Shown here in pieces: positions 46,930 to 57,415 of a stretch of 64,000 nt of DNA. Source of the stretch: Candidatus Parcubacteria bacterium (GTDB taxonomy: Bacteria > Patescibacteriota > Saccharimonadia > UBA4664 > JBIOIQ01); assembly GCA_963718875.1 (NCBI GenBank), contig OY970378.1:872265-936264 (forward strand), written 5' to 3'. Position 1 is the stretch's first letter; each line of letters opens with the position of its first letter. The notes under the pieces were generated by a model. It did no database searches and had not been told where the DNA came from. It saw nothing but the letters and a program-made list of their open reading frames with translations. A program made the translations under genes and the position numbers.

Positions 46930-46955
46930 TTCATGCGCGGAAAAAACTATTTTTT

Positions 46956-47570
46956 TTAAAATTTCCAGCTTTGAACAAGGTCATCAAACGCTGAGATGTA
47001 GTCAGTAGCGTCTGGCTTTAGGGCGTAGTTAGCAAAGTAGCCTATATTATCTTTACAAAGTTTATAGGTGATAAATTTTTGATTTGGTGTTGATGATGAG
47101 GCACCGTCAACTTGCTCTATCCTAAAGCCGTTGGCGTTGTTCAGGGCAACTGATTCATAGCTGTAACTCTGGCTTTGGGTGCCTTGGGTTGGTAAATCGG
47201 CGACGCATTGGTTTGGCAAGGCGTAAAAGTTGATTGAGCCAGCAGCCAACAGATTTTTATCTGGAGCAACATTTAATAATGACTTGTTGCTGGTATCATT
47301 GACAGTATCATAGAACCAATCCTTAGGAACAGTTAGTTTGAAAGAATTGTCGGCGCTACTGACGACTTTTCCGCCTTCGTTGGTGACTTGTACTATGGTG
47401 GTTTTAGCCGTATTAGTGGGGCTTTTGACGGTTGCGACAGCTTTGGGGGGCGTTTCGGTGGCATGGTATCTTGAGTAACGAGATTGCCAAACGTAACCGC
47501 CCACAATAATTACGACCGCAACTACCACTATCAGAAACCGGTTAGATCTATGCTTGTTTTTCATTAGCAA
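46956..47570 (-). CDS. Hypothetical membrane-anchored secreted protein
   Basis: N-terminal TM FLIVVVAVVIIVGGYVW. Confidence 0.45.
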   Translation of the reverse strand: MLMKNKHRSNRFLIVVVAVVIIVGGYVWQSRYSRYHATETPPKAVATVKSPTNTAKTTIVQVTNEGGKVVSSADNSFKLTVPKDWFYDTVNDTSNKSLLNVAPDKNLLAAGSINFYALPNQCVADLPTQGTQSQSYSYESVALNNANGFRIEQVDGASSSTPNQKFITYKLCKDNIGYFANYALKPDATDYISAFDDLVQSWKF

Positions 47571-47597
47571 TACTAGTGTATCAGACGATTGCGTTCG

Positions 47598-47936
47598 TTA
47601 GCGATTAAGTCTGGCTGCTATAGCATATTGCATAAAATAGCCTTCTATACTATTTAAGTCTTCAAGTGTGGCCTCTGGCTCATAAATAGCGGCCAAAAAT
47701 TGGTCTTTTGACCTTAGGACTTCTTTGACTTTGGGTGATTTTTGCTTTATAAGCTGATCAACTGTCGCATCAAAAAGGTCGAGCGCCCTGATTACTGCTG
47801 CCTGGCAATCTTGAGGGTTGTTTTGGCGTTTGGCGTTTATTGAACGACCAACCTCACTGCCGATATTCCCCATTTGCTCGTATATGCTCATCCTAGACCA
47901 ACGCTTTCTATCTACGGTGTACTCTGCCGTTTTCAT
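47598..47936 (-). CDS. Hypothetical protein; downstream member of an overlapping two-gene module
   Basis: 112 aa. 4-nt ATGA overlap with 47933..48274. Confidence 0.4.
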   Translation of the reverse strand: MKTAEYTVDRKRWSRMSIYEQMGNIGSEVGRSINAKRQNNPQDCQAAVIRALDLFDATVDQLIKQKSPKVKEVLRSKDQFLAAIYEPEATLEDLNSIEGYFMQYAIAARLNR

Positions 47937-48274
47937 GCTTTGACGACTTTCTGGACTATTGCAACGATTTGCTGCTTAATGTCGGCATCTTCAACGCTAC
48001 GCGACATGTTATGTTGCCGCGGACGAATGTTAATCATGGAATCAAACCCTATAAAGCCATCCGTGCCAAAATTTGCTGGGTATAAGTTTATCCCCCACAG
48101 ATTTTCTTGACTTGAACCATGCTCTAGCAAAAACTGCTCCTCGTCCACATGCATTTCAGCATCGAGAACTAACAGACCTTTTTGGATATCTACAACTCCT
48201 TTTACAAAGTTACCGTACATTTTTTCGGCCATCTGTGTTAATTCGCTGGCAGTAATTAAAGATACTTGTTTCAT
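47933..48274 (-). CDS. Hypothetical protein; upstream member of an overlapping two-gene module
   Basis: 113 aa. Confidence 0.4.
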   Translation of the reverse strand: MKQVSLITASELTQMAEKMYGNFVKGVVDIQKGLLVLDAEMHVDEEQFLLEHGSSQENLWGINLYPANFGTDGFIGFDSMINIRPRQHNMSRSVEDADIKQQIVAIVQKVVKA

Positions 48275-48411
48275 GCGACCATTACCACCCCGTTAGAAAT
48301 TGCTTAGATCTACGCTTGTTTTTCATTGTAACAATAGTGTATCAGATTGCAGTCGTTAGCGATGGTTACCGACTCATAAGTAATTAACAGCCGTCATTAT
48401 TATGGAGGACT

Positions 48412-48744
48412 ATGAGGGTGATGTTAATACTCGCCAACTTAACCAAAAAAATAGAGCAGAACCGAAGCTACTCTGTCGCTACAGTCATTTTAATAGCAAC
48501 GATTTCAGCTTTGGCGTTTCATTGGTTGTTTGTCGGGTTAGTGATAAACGCAATTACAAATAGTAAAATAACCACTGCCAATCATTCTGCGAGTTTACTT
48601 ATTTCACTACTGATTGCAGCGGCTTTTCTGTATCTGTTCATGGTTATTGCAATTGCTTTCAGCGGTATATTTGCTTGGCTTGTTATGCGCATTTTTCATG
48701 TCCCTAAGGCCGGTAAAATCACTCTGTTTTCCAATTTGGTTTAG
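48412..48744 (+). CDS. Hypothetical membrane protein
   Basis: 110 aa, 3 hydrophobic segments. Confidence 0.3.
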   Translation: MRVMLILANLTKKIEQNRSYSVATVILIATISALAFHWLFVGLVINAITNSKITTANHSASLLISLLIAAAFLYLFMVIAIAFSGIFAWLVMRIFHVPKAGKITLFSNLV

Positions 48745-48886
48745 CTATGGTTTGGTACGCATTATTAAAATTTGGATTCTTTGAAGGTATAAATAGCTTG
48801 TTATTGTCAGTGGTAAGTTTTGCTTTCGTTTATGGCGTACTCGCATGTGTGTTCTCACACAAAAAGTAGCATTGAGCTCGTTATCT

Positions 48887-49819
48887 TTACTTAATTTCGA
48901 TTACCACCTTGCCTTTTATTGAGCCTGTTTCGCGAGCTTTAAAAGCTTCTCTTATTTGATCCAGAGGGAATGCCTTGTCTATATGGGGATTGACTATCCC
49001 CTTTTCCACCAGTTCCCGCAATTCGTTTAATACCTCGGTGGTAACCTTGGTACTCTGAGCCGTGGCTGTAACGCCAAATTCCGTCGCCTTAGCCTGATCG
49101 ACCTGCCCAGCCATCGAAATAACTTTCCCGCCGGTTTTTAAAACCTGGAAAGTTTTATCAAACTCTAGTCCGCCAACGTTGTCTAAAACAGCGTCGTAGT
49201 TATTCAAGACTCGAACAAAATCCTGAGATTTGTAGTCGATCACTTCATCGGCTCCGAGATTTTTGACCAAATCGATGTTTCCACCAGTTGCAGTCGTAGC
49301 CACATAAGCTCCAATATTTTTGGCTATTTGGATGGCAATAATGCCAATACCACCGGAACCGCCATGAATAAAAATTTTCTGCCCCCGTTGAAGATTGAGA
49401 GATTTAACAGCCTGTAACGCACTAACCCCCGCCAGCGGTAAAGACGCTGCTTGTTTGAAGTCTAGCCCCACCGGTGATTTTGCAACCTGACCTGCAGCGG
49501 TGGCGGCATATTCTGCAAGAGCGCCGCTACTACCCGCAACAACATTAGCTTGGCCATAGACGTTATCGCCAACACCGAAATCCGCTACACCATCCCCCAC
49601 CTCTATGATTATTCCGGCAATGTCGCCGCCTAGTGTTGCTGGGAAGTTCAGACGAATCGTGTTTTTCATATAGCCGGATCGTAGCGCGCTGTCGAAGGGA
49701 TTGAGGCTTGCTGCGTACACCTTAATCAATACTTGCCCGTTTGATACTGCCGGCTTGTCGACCTCGTTGATTTGAATTACCCATGAATCACCATAGTCAT
49801 TTATTTGCGCTGCTTTCAT
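48887..49819 (-). CDS. NADPH:quinone oxidoreductase / zinc-type alcohol dehydrogenase superfamily (MDR)
   Basis: GGSGGIGIIAIQIAKNIGAYV Rossmann motif. MDR-family architecture. Confidence 0.85.
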   Translation of the reverse strand: MKAAQINDYGDSWVIQINEVDKPAVSNGQVLIKVYAASLNPFDSALRSGYMKNTIRLNFPATLGGDIAGIIIEVGDGVADFGVGDNVYGQANVVAGSSGALAEYAATAAGQVAKSPVGLDFKQAASLPLAGVSALQAVKSLNLQRGQKIFIHGGSGGIGIIAIQIAKNIGAYVATTATGGNIDLVKNLGADEVIDYKSQDFVRVLNNYDAVLDNVGGLEFDKTFQVLKTGGKVISMAGQVDQAKATEFGVTATAQSTKVTTEVLNELRELVEKGIVNPHIDKAFPLDQIREAFKARETGSIKGKVVIEIK

Positions 49820-49856
49820 TGTCCCCTTTTTTTGTAACCGTTGATAATTTGCGGGT

Positions 49857-50066
49857 CTATTTTATGACCGTTTTATTGTTCAAATCCTTGCGATAAAGAC
49901 CAGGATTGTTACAGTATACGTCAGTTGGTAGAACATTAGCAGTAACTCGATCACAAAAAAATTTTTTCTTGATGGCTTCATCACTTAGTGGGCGCGGTTG
50001 AATAGCAAAAACGACGGCAACGATTATAGATATACTTACAAAGCCAAGGATAATAAGCTTCTTCAT
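49857..50066 (-). CDS. Hypothetical small secreted protein
   Basis: 69 aa with signal peptide. Confidence 0.3.
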   Translation of the reverse strand: MKKLIILGFVSISIIVAVVFAIQPRPLSDEAIKKKFFCDRVTANVLPTDVYCNNPGLYRKDLNNKTVIK

Positions 50067-50156
50067 GAAAGTATGATAGCATGGCGAGATTCTTTGATTG
50101 TTCTTATACGTAAACTACATTTTTCGACCTAGGTCTTTGTGTGCGATAATGCATTC

Positions 50157-50636
50157 ATGAAAACATTTCTTGAAAACAGTCGGTACGTTGTTCTAGTTGG
50201 CATTATGGGGACCTTTTTGGCACCCCTAGCGTTGTTTTTATTCGGGCTTGCCGGTGTAATTTCGGCAATATGGGACGGCCTAGCGGGTTCAAATCCGTTT
50301 AGCAGCAGTAACATAAAAGAATTAAGCATTGTCTTGGTTAACGCGATTGATATTTTTTTACTGGCAACAGTGGTGTATATAATTGCCCTTGGCTTATATG
50401 AGTTATTTATTGACGAGTCACTTAATCTTCCTCGTTGGCTGGAAGTGCATACTCTTGACGACCTGAAATCCCGCCTTCTGGGGGTAATTGTAGTTCTTTT
50501 ACCCGTGACATTTTTAGGAAAATTAGTGGAGTGGAAACAGGGTCAGGATATACTCTGGCTAGGTTTGGCAGTTGGTGCAGTACTAATTGCTATTGCTGCC
50601 ACACAGCATGTGACGGCGATCAAAGGGAAAAAGTGA
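50157..50636 (+). CDS. YqhA (UPF0114) family membrane protein
   Basis: Pattern NAIDIFLLATVVYIIALGLYELFIDE typical of UPF0114. Confidence 0.5.
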   Translation: MKTFLENSRYVVLVGIMGTFLAPLALFLFGLAGVISAIWDGLAGSNPFSSSNIKELSIVLVNAIDIFLLATVVYIIALGLYELFIDESLNLPRWLEVHTLDDLKSRLLGVIVVLLPVTFLGKLVEWKQGQDILWLGLAVGAVLIAIAATQHVTAIKGKK

Positions 50637-50657
50637 TGCAGCTCGCTAAGCTTTGGA

Positions 50658-52343
50658 TTAGGTGGCTGACAAAGCTGAGTCAAGTAAGCTGAGTTGATGT
50701 TTTCGATGTTTTTCAAAGGCTTCACGATCGCTGCCATTCTTCTTGATAAATGAAGATAGTCGCTCGGCCCCAATTAAATGAGGGAGCTGAACATACGAAG
50801 CCCCTGCCTCGTACAGAATTTGGGCTTCTTCAAAGTTTGCAGCCGGGCAGATAAAAATGGTGTCGTCTTCGATACCATTAATATGGGCGAGCAACATTTT
50901 ATTAACTTCGATGTCAGGGAGATTACTTATTACCATTTCTGCCCTATGAACAGCCATCTCCTCTAGCAGTTCTATATCGGTGGCATCTCCATATACATGG
51001 GCTATATGCTTACTGTTCAGCATGTCTATTAGATCAGGATCATAGTCTATAACAACGTAGCGTTTTTTCATTTTTCTAAAAGCGTCAATGTACTCGTGCC
51101 CGCCACTTTGATAGCCGATTAGGACAAACGGGTAGTGCCTTAAACCAACTAGCTCTTTGTTGGTCTTGGCGCGCTCAAAAACTGAAAGTGGTTTTTTGAG
51201 CTTGGCGTAAAGTTTATCGTTGTAGTTCATTAAATAGGCGGAGATTATTATAGTGATCAAGGCAGTGAGCGTCATTGTGGTGACTGTTGCCGCACCAAGT
51301 GTGCCAGTTTTCTGTGCCAGTACAACTAAGACGATCGAGAACTCGCTTATTTGAGAGAGGTGAACGGCCGCTTTAAAACCAGTTTGTTTAGTATAGTTGA
51401 GTGCGCCGAGAGTGGACAATATAACTAGTGGTTTCATTGTTATAACAATGGCGGAAAAAATAAGAGCTGGAATGATGGCCTGATATATATTTTCTATGCC
51501 CAATTGGCCGCCAAGCTCAATAAAGAATAGCAGTACAAAAAAATCTCTTAGCGGCTTGAGACGGGTGGTCATTTCTTGCGCATATGGTAAATGCGCAAGA
51601 GTAACCCCGGCAAATAAAGCCCCTACTTCAACTGAAAACCCTGCTAACTGAAAGAGGCTTGCGACACCAAACCCCCAGGCTAATGCCATTAAATACAGTA
51701 GCTCTTGGCTCTGAGCAAAACGCCTTGCAATACGCGGCATAATATATAAGCCAGAGCATGTTAATAGGATCGCGGCCAGGACGCCTTTTGCCAGCAATAA
51801 TCCAAACTCGCCAAAAGTGACAGCAGAGCCTGTGCTTGCCGAAACAAATAAAAGGGCGATTGTAGCCGCCACATCCTCCACCAGCAAAATCCCGATTGCT
51901 ATTTGGCTGTATAGTCTTAGTTGCTCTTTATGGTCAGATATGGCTTTTACAACAATGATAGTACTGCTAAATAGCAAAGCTATGGCTACTATTAAGGCCT
52001 CTTTTATTGAAAAGCCCATTAAGTAGGCTGCTGAAAATCCAATACTTCCAACTACGGCAACGATGGCAAGAAAAGTTAGTATGACTGGCTTTCCAGTGTT
52101 TTTGATAACCCGAGTATTAAGGCCGAGGCCAATCATAAATAACAGCAAAACTATGCCAATTTGGCTAAACGACTCGAAAGCGTCGTGATTATTGGTGAGA
52201 CGTAATAATGACGGCCCAGCTATAAAGCCAGTTAGAATGTAGCCGATGATTAATGGTTGTTTTAGCCACTTGAAGACTAGTGATATGCCAGCTGCCAAAG
52301 CCAAGATAATGCTGAGTTGAAGAAAAAGGGAGTGCCCTGTCAT
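50658..52343 (-). CDS. CPA2 family cation:proton antiporter with C-terminal RCK/TrkA-N domain (KefB-like)
   Basis: 12 TM, then YVVIDYDPDLIDMLNSKHIAHVYGDATDIELLEE Rossmann-like RCK segment. Confidence 0.85.
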   Translation of the reverse strand: MTGHSLFLQLSIILALAAGISLVFKWLKQPLIIGYILTGFIAGPSLLRLTNNHDAFESFSQIGIVLLLFMIGLGLNTRVIKNTGKPVILTFLAIVAVVGSIGFSAAYLMGFSIKEALIVAIALLFSSTIIVVKAISDHKEQLRLYSQIAIGILLVEDVAATIALLFVSASTGSAVTFGEFGLLLAKGVLAAILLTCSGLYIMPRIARRFAQSQELLYLMALAWGFGVASLFQLAGFSVEVGALFAGVTLAHLPYAQEMTTRLKPLRDFFVLLFFIELGGQLGIENIYQAIIPALIFSAIVITMKPLVILSTLGALNYTKQTGFKAAVHLSQISEFSIVLVVLAQKTGTLGAATVTTMTLTALITIIISAYLMNYNDKLYAKLKKPLSVFERAKTNKELVGLRHYPFVLIGYQSGGHEYIDAFRKMKKRYVVIDYDPDLIDMLNSKHIAHVYGDATDIELLEEMAVHRAEMVISNLPDIEVNKMLLAHINGIEDDTIFICPAANFEEAQILYEAGASYVQLPHLIGAERLSSFIKKNGSDREAFEKHRKHQLSLLDSALSAT

Positions 52344-52470
52344 TTAGTAGCCCATAATTGCACTTTAATTTTAGCACAAGAACTACACGTTGCGACTGGT
52401 AAAAGCAGGGTTGCAGCGGCAATGAATGCCATACTTCATTTAGCGCAGCCAGGTTTGATATAATTGGGGC

Positions 52471-52890
52471 ATGGGTACAATAAAAACAATTGTCAATGAT
52501 GCGAGTGTAGAAGATTTTTTAAATGCAGTGCCAGATGAGACGAAAAGGAATGATAGCTTTACGCTGCTTAAGTTATTTTCAAAAATTACTGGCGAGAAGC
52601 CTAAAATGTGGGGCGAGAGTATGGTTGGGTTCGGATCTTACCATTATAAATCTCAAAGAAGTAGCCAAGAAGGCGATTGGCCGCTGACCGGGTTTTCACC
52701 CAGAAAGGAGAACCTAACCCTATACATCATGCTCGGGTTCCAGGACTACCAGAGTTTACTAAAAACTCTGGGGAAACATAAAACTAGCGTGGGATGTTTA
52801 TATATTAATAAGCTGGCTGATGTCGACATGACCGTTTTAGAGCAGCTTATTAAAACTTCGTTCGTAGCCATAAAGGAACAGCATAGCTAA
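52471..52890 (+). CDS. DUF1801 (YdhG-like) domain protein
   Basis: KMWGESMVGFGSYHYKSQRSSQEGDWPLTGFSPRKENLTLYIM. Confidence 0.6.
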   Translation: MGTIKTIVNDASVEDFLNAVPDETKRNDSFTLLKLFSKITGEKPKMWGESMVGFGSYHYKSQRSSQEGDWPLTGFSPRKENLTLYIMLGFQDYQSLLKTLGKHKTSVGCLYINKLADVDMTVLEQLIKTSFVAIKEQHS

Positions 52891-53045
52891 GTCGTTTATT
52901 GTTCTGAGATCAAACCCTGAAATCCGGTCATGCCGTTCTCATTAACTTGTCGCGCTGAGAGACGAGATTTGGTACGGGCAATAACTTTGATTATGGCGGA
53001 TTTTATAACCTGTAGCTCGGTAAACTACATATAGCATGTCTCTCG

Positions 53046-54257
53046 TTATGTCCAATTGTACAGCTGATAAACCATAGTGCTTAGACATAACACAGTACCC
53101 ATATATGGCACGAGGGCAGGTACCGAAATATAGCCTTGATGCTTGGGCGAGCGGCGTTTAATAACGATGAGCGATAAGTTAATGAGCGTGAATATACTAA
53201 GCACTAACAGGCTTGTAAGCTGGGCGAGCGACACTAGCGGAAGCATAATCGTACCCACAATCATTGCTCCCAGCACCACAAGTGTTGCTGTAACAGGTGT
53301 TTTATTTTTACTGTGAATGGTTGCTAGTTTATCGTTCAACCATCCTTGTTTGGCCAGGCCATACAAAATCCGTGACCCCATAATTATTTGCACGATCACG
53401 CCGTTTATGGTGGCAACCATGCCGATAAGGCTTAGGAGCTGCACGTTGCTTGCGCCGCTTCGCTCAAATACCAATGTTAAAGGCGCGCTGCTTTTTGCGA
53501 GCTCTGCTGGTGATACTAAAGTGGTGGCAACGATAACAACCAACAGGTATAGGAAAGTTGATGCGGCTAGAGCAATTAAAATTGCCAGTGGCATCGTCCG
53601 CCGGGGATTCTTTGCCTCTTCGGACACATTAACCATATCCTCAAAGCCAATAAAAGCATAAAAGGCTAAAAAGGCACCCGCTATAACTCCTCCGGTGCCG
53701 ACTGCTGGGTCAATCGTTAGTAGACTGCTCGCCTTTAATGCGCCAAAAGCGCTTCTACCAAACCAAATAATTAGCAAGAGCCCTAACACCTCAATCGCCG
53801 TGAGCACGGCAGCGGTTTTGGCGGATTCGCCGATGCCTTTAAGGGCGATTAATCCTAATAAAAGCAGGAGGCCAACACTGGCAACGACAGGTGGAACGGC
53901 CATAAACGAACTTAGGTAGCCAGCGAAACCTTGTGACAGGGCGGCTGCTGAAGCAATACCACCCGCAACCATGGCCAGCCCAATCAATACCGATAACCAA
54001 CGTTTTCCGAATGCCTTGTGCAAGTACACTGACACACTTGCACTGGCTGGATAGCGGCTAGATAGCTCCATGTAGGAGAAGGCTGCAAATGCGGCAGTGA
54101 CCATAGCTATAATAAACGCTAAAGTCGTGCTTGTCCCCGCGAAACCCGCTACTTTACCGACCAGCACGTAGATACCGGCACCCAGGATATTTCCAAGCCC
54201 ATAAAGTGCAACTAACGGCAGCCCAAGCGACCGCTTTAATCTGATGTTTCTGCTCAT
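53046..54257 (-). CDS. APC family amino-acid permease
   Basis: 12 TM, GLPLVALYGLGNILGAGIYVLVGKVAG N-terminal APC signature. Confidence 0.85.
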   Translation of the reverse strand: MSRNIRLKRSLGLPLVALYGLGNILGAGIYVLVGKVAGFAGTSTTLAFIIAMVTAAFAAFSYMELSSRYPASASVSVYLHKAFGKRWLSVLIGLAMVAGGIASAAALSQGFAGYLSSFMAVPPVVASVGLLLLLGLIALKGIGESAKTAAVLTAIEVLGLLLIIWFGRSAFGALKASSLLTIDPAVGTGGVIAGAFLAFYAFIGFEDMVNVSEEAKNPRRTMPLAILIALAASTFLYLLVVIVATTLVSPAELAKSSAPLTLVFERSGASNVQLLSLIGMVATINGVIVQIIMGSRILYGLAKQGWLNDKLATIHSKNKTPVTATLVVLGAMIVGTIMLPLVSLAQLTSLLVLSIFTLINLSLIVIKRRSPKHQGYISVPALVPYMGTVLCLSTMVYQLYNWT

Positions 54258-54460
54258 GCTTGTTATTCTATATCCTTCAGGGCAATGTTGTGATGGTCAA
54301 ATTTCGTCTTTTTTGGCTGCCAACTCAATGATTCTATCTGCGATTTTATAACATCTTGATCGGCGTCAGACCCAGCAACACCAGTAATCAAAATTGATTG
54401 CTTCATGAAGGTAATCATAACAAAAAGATTCTACCAAAGTCTTCTGCGAAAAGTAACGGG

Positions 54461-54760
54461 CTAGCTTCCGGCAAAGGGTGACCCAAAGATGCCAACTGCA
54501 AGCTCTGTCCAAATTAAAAGGACAGATGCTACAATCACGATGGCAATAACGCCCCGGTACTTACCATTAATCTTTGTTGTTACTAATTCATAGACAAGAC
54601 CTGCGCCCATCAGCAAGGTGCCAATAACAACAAAATCCCTCAAGCCCCACTTAACCTCATTACTAAACTGCATTGCCACTAGGGGAACAAGCAAAATAAG
54701 CGCTGTTCCAATAATATAGCGGATAATGTTATTTGCTTTCATGATTTCACTCCTCTTCAT
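54461..54760 (-). CDS. Hypothetical small membrane protein
   Basis: 99 aa, 3 TM. Confidence 0.35.
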   Translation of the reverse strand: MKRSEIMKANNIIRYIIGTALILLVPLVAMQFSNEVKWGLRDFVVIGTLLMGAGLVYELVTTKINGKYRGVIAIVIVASVLLIWTELAVGIFGSPFAGS

Positions 54761-54892
54761 TGATTATAGTAGATATGTTTTAATCCTTTAGACAGTTAAG
54801 TCGTTTTTTGACTTTAAACCCACGGCAGTTTACAGAAGGCTCCGGCACACCAGTCTCGGTATATTGATTGCCTGACAAACTTATAGTTGGCT

Positions 54893-55960
54893 TCATTTTA
54901 GCTGCCTGTCGAAAAATTCTACCGATCGACTTAGTGCCACCTGAAGATTATTGGATAGATTGTGGTCGTCCCCAGGATAGGTAAATATTTCTGACGGCTT
55001 ACCTGCGGCTTGCATTTGACTGTGCAAGTTTTCAGAAAAAGCCACCGGGACATCAATATCGTTTGTACCATGGTGAAGCTGAAGCGAGCCTGATATATCT
55101 TTCAAATAGGAGTTGGCTGATATTGAATCCCAAAATTCTTTATTCTGCTCAGGAGAACCGTTGTCTTGCGTTAGTCGCTGCCGCCAGCCGCGCCGTGATG
55201 CTGATTGTGGCGCACTCGAGCTAGACGGAGGGCGCCAGCCAATCAAGTCGGGATAAGAGGCAACTACACCGCCCCAAATCACACCAGCCTTTACATCTTT
55301 GCTAGTTACCATATTGCGTAAAGTAATATACCCTCCCATCGAGTGGCCCCACATTCCAACCTTTTGAGGGTTAGCCTCGGCATAGCGCTTGATTGAGGCC
55401 ACTGCATTCAAGACATCAATCGTGTAAGAATTTGAGCCGTACCCCGAAGGGTTACCCTCGGAGTTACCATGTCCTCTGTAATCCGGCTTAAATAAAATAT
55501 ACCCTGAGCTAGAAAAAGCATCGGTGTATGCTAGATAGCGCTCAGTGGTACTGTATTCAGATGGGGGTATGTATCCGTGGTTAAACACTACTATTGGCCA
55601 GCCATCCTGAGGCTTTCCTCCGTTTGGGACTGTAAGTAAAGCGTAAATTTTGAGACCCTCAGACCTATATGAGGTAATGTAGCGTTGGTAATTCGAACCG
55701 GCTGCTAGCTGCTGCTCAATTACAATATCGCTGCCTGAGTACTCACCATTTCGCAATGATTCTATTGCTAAGGGATGTACCTGACGTGGTGGCCCTCCTT
55801 TGTCTTCTTCGATTTGGCCAGTGTACGGCACTACTTTGGTCTTAGTAAGCAAGTTTCCACCATACAATCCGGCCGCTATTAATATACTGAGGAAGCCAGC
55901 TGCGAAAACTATAAAGCGCTTATTTTTGAATTTAAAATTTTTAATCAATGTCACCCCCAT
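54893..55960 (-). CDS. Alpha/beta hydrolase (S9 prolyl oligopeptidase/dienelactone hydrolase-like), membrane-anchored
   Basis: GHSMGGYITL nucleophile elbow, YPGDDHNLS His region, N-terminal TM. Confidence 0.75.
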   Translation of the reverse strand: MGVTLIKNFKFKNKRFIVFAAGFLSILIAAGLYGGNLLTKTKVVPYTGQIEEDKGGPPRQVHPLAIESLRNGEYSGSDIVIEQQLAAGSNYQRYITSYRSEGLKIYALLTVPNGGKPQDGWPIVVFNHGYIPPSEYSTTERYLAYTDAFSSSGYILFKPDYRGHGNSEGNPSGYGSNSYTIDVLNAVASIKRYAEANPQKVGMWGHSMGGYITLRNMVTSKDVKAGVIWGGVVASYPDLIGWRPPSSSSAPQSASRRGWRQRLTQDNGSPEQNKEFWDSISANSYLKDISGSLQLHHGTNDIDVPVAFSENLHSQMQAAGKPSEIFTYPGDDHNLSNNLQVALSRSVEFFDRQLK

Positions 55961-55969
55961 CTATGAAAA

Positions 55970-56365
55970 TTATAGCAAAATGGGTAGGATTTTGTGGTCG
56001 TTATTTACAGTAGTAACACTAAAAAAGTAGCTGGACAGTATAAGTCTCGGGTCGTGCATAGTAGGAGTCCCTGTATAGGTCTTTTGGTCTGATGTGGTAC
56101 GTGTGACTAGAACAGCAAGTGGATATAATAATGGGCCAACAATAAGCAAAAGCCCTAACAAGGGTAGTCTGCGTTTTGTTAATAAGACGAAACCAGTTGC
56201 AACAACACTAAGCACGATGAGCATAAAAATCGACAAAATTATTATGTTAAGCTCTGCCCAAATGAGTGAAATTACGCATAAAGTTTGAAAAACATTGAGG
56301 TCGATAGCTACCGCTGTAAATTTGAGCAGTCGGTGCGCTTGAACATACGCTATAATAGTGTGCAT
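55970..56365 (-). CDS. Hypothetical membrane protein
   Basis: 131 aa, hydrophobic. Confidence 0.35.
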   Translation of the reverse strand: MHTIIAYVQAHRLLKFTAVAIDLNVFQTLCVISLIWAELNIIILSIFMLIVLSVVATGFVLLTKRRLPLLGLLLIVGPLLYPLAVLVTRTTSDQKTYTGTPTMHDPRLILSSYFFSVTTVNNDHKILPILL

Positions 56366-57062
56366 GGAGCTGTTTAACTTTCTGTTGCATATTGATCAGT
56401 ATTTACTGGCCATAGTTGGCCAACTCGGTATATTCAGCTATTTCTTACTTTTTTTGATCATTTTTGCCGAAACCGGTTTGGTGATCATGCCGTTCTTACC
56501 GGGCGACTCGCTGCTGTTCGCGGTTGGCACCCTGGCCGGAGGTGGCCATTTGAATATTTTTATTCTGTTGCCTACCTTGATTTTAGCCGCCATATTAGGC
56601 GACTCACTAAATTATTGGATTGGCTACCGTGTAGGAGCGCGGGCGTTTGCCGGTAAAAACTCAAGGATTTTTAAAATGCAGTACTTAAAGCAAACCGAAG
56701 ACTTCTATGCTAAGCATGGTGGCAAGACAATCATACTTGCTAGGTTTGTTCCGCTAGTTCGGACCTTTGCCCCGTTTGTGGCTGGAGTAGGCGGAATGCG
56801 TTATACGGTGTTCTTTGCCTACAACGTAATCGGTGCTTTGCTGTGGGTCTTTGGCTTAACTATGGCCGGTTACTTCTTTGGGCAAATCCCCTTCATTAAA
56901 TCTAATTTTGAGTATGCTATTTTGGGGATAGTAGCCGTCTCAGTGTTGCCAGCCGCCATCGAAGTTTTTAAGCACAAGCGCAAGAGCAAAACAGAGAAAA
57001 TGAAACCAGAGGTTCTTAAGCAAAATTTGGAAAAAGTTTTCGATGAAAAAGGGTTAAACTAA
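56358..57062 (+). CDS. DedA/VTT family membrane protein
   Basis: PFLPGDSLLFAVG...YWIGYRVG...ILARFVPLVRTFAPFVAGVGGMRY. Confidence 0.85.
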   Translation: MCMELFNFLLHIDQYLLAIVGQLGIFSYFLLFLIIFAETGLVIMPFLPGDSLLFAVGTLAGGGHLNIFILLPTLILAAILGDSLNYWIGYRVGARAFAGKNSRIFKMQYLKQTEDFYAKHGGKTIILARFVPLVRTFAPFVAGVGGMRYTVFFAYNVIGALLWVFGLTMAGYFFGQIPFIKSNFEYAILGIVAVSVLPAAIEVFKHKRKSKTEKMKPEVLKQNLEKVFDEKGLN

Positions 57063-57064
57063 GC

Positions 57065-57327
57065 GTGTAGCTCAACTTTATGACCCGCACCACTTCTCCA
57101 ACTGAACGTTGAGGTGGAATCGATACGAGCATATGTATGTGATCTGATTCACCATCGATTTCTTTGATAATGAGGCCTGGATGATACTCAGACATGTGCC
57201 TTAAATAGTTTTTTTGAGATAGACCAGCATGCTCTTGTTTAAGGCCTCCCGTCGATATTTGGTCGGCCATACCAAATGGTAGTCACATGCAAAGACTAAA
57301 GTGTGATGTGCGTCGGTATACAGACAT
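57065..57327 (-). pseudogene. IS200/IS605-family tnpA (Y1 transposase) remnant, truncated with an internal stop
   Basis: MSVYRRTSHFSLCM*...EIDGESDHIHMLVSIPPQRSVGEVVRVIK parallels IS200 TnpA (...SH..YHLV.....ADHIHMLLEIPPKMSVSSFMGYLKG). Lacks the C-terminal third. No obvious intact element ends. Confidence 0.5.
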
Positions 57328-57415
57328 AATGCTATCTTTACGCCGAAGACACGGGAAAGTACTTCGTCCCACGAGCTTACGCTCGGGGAACCAAGGGTGA
57401 AGTATTAGAGTGATT

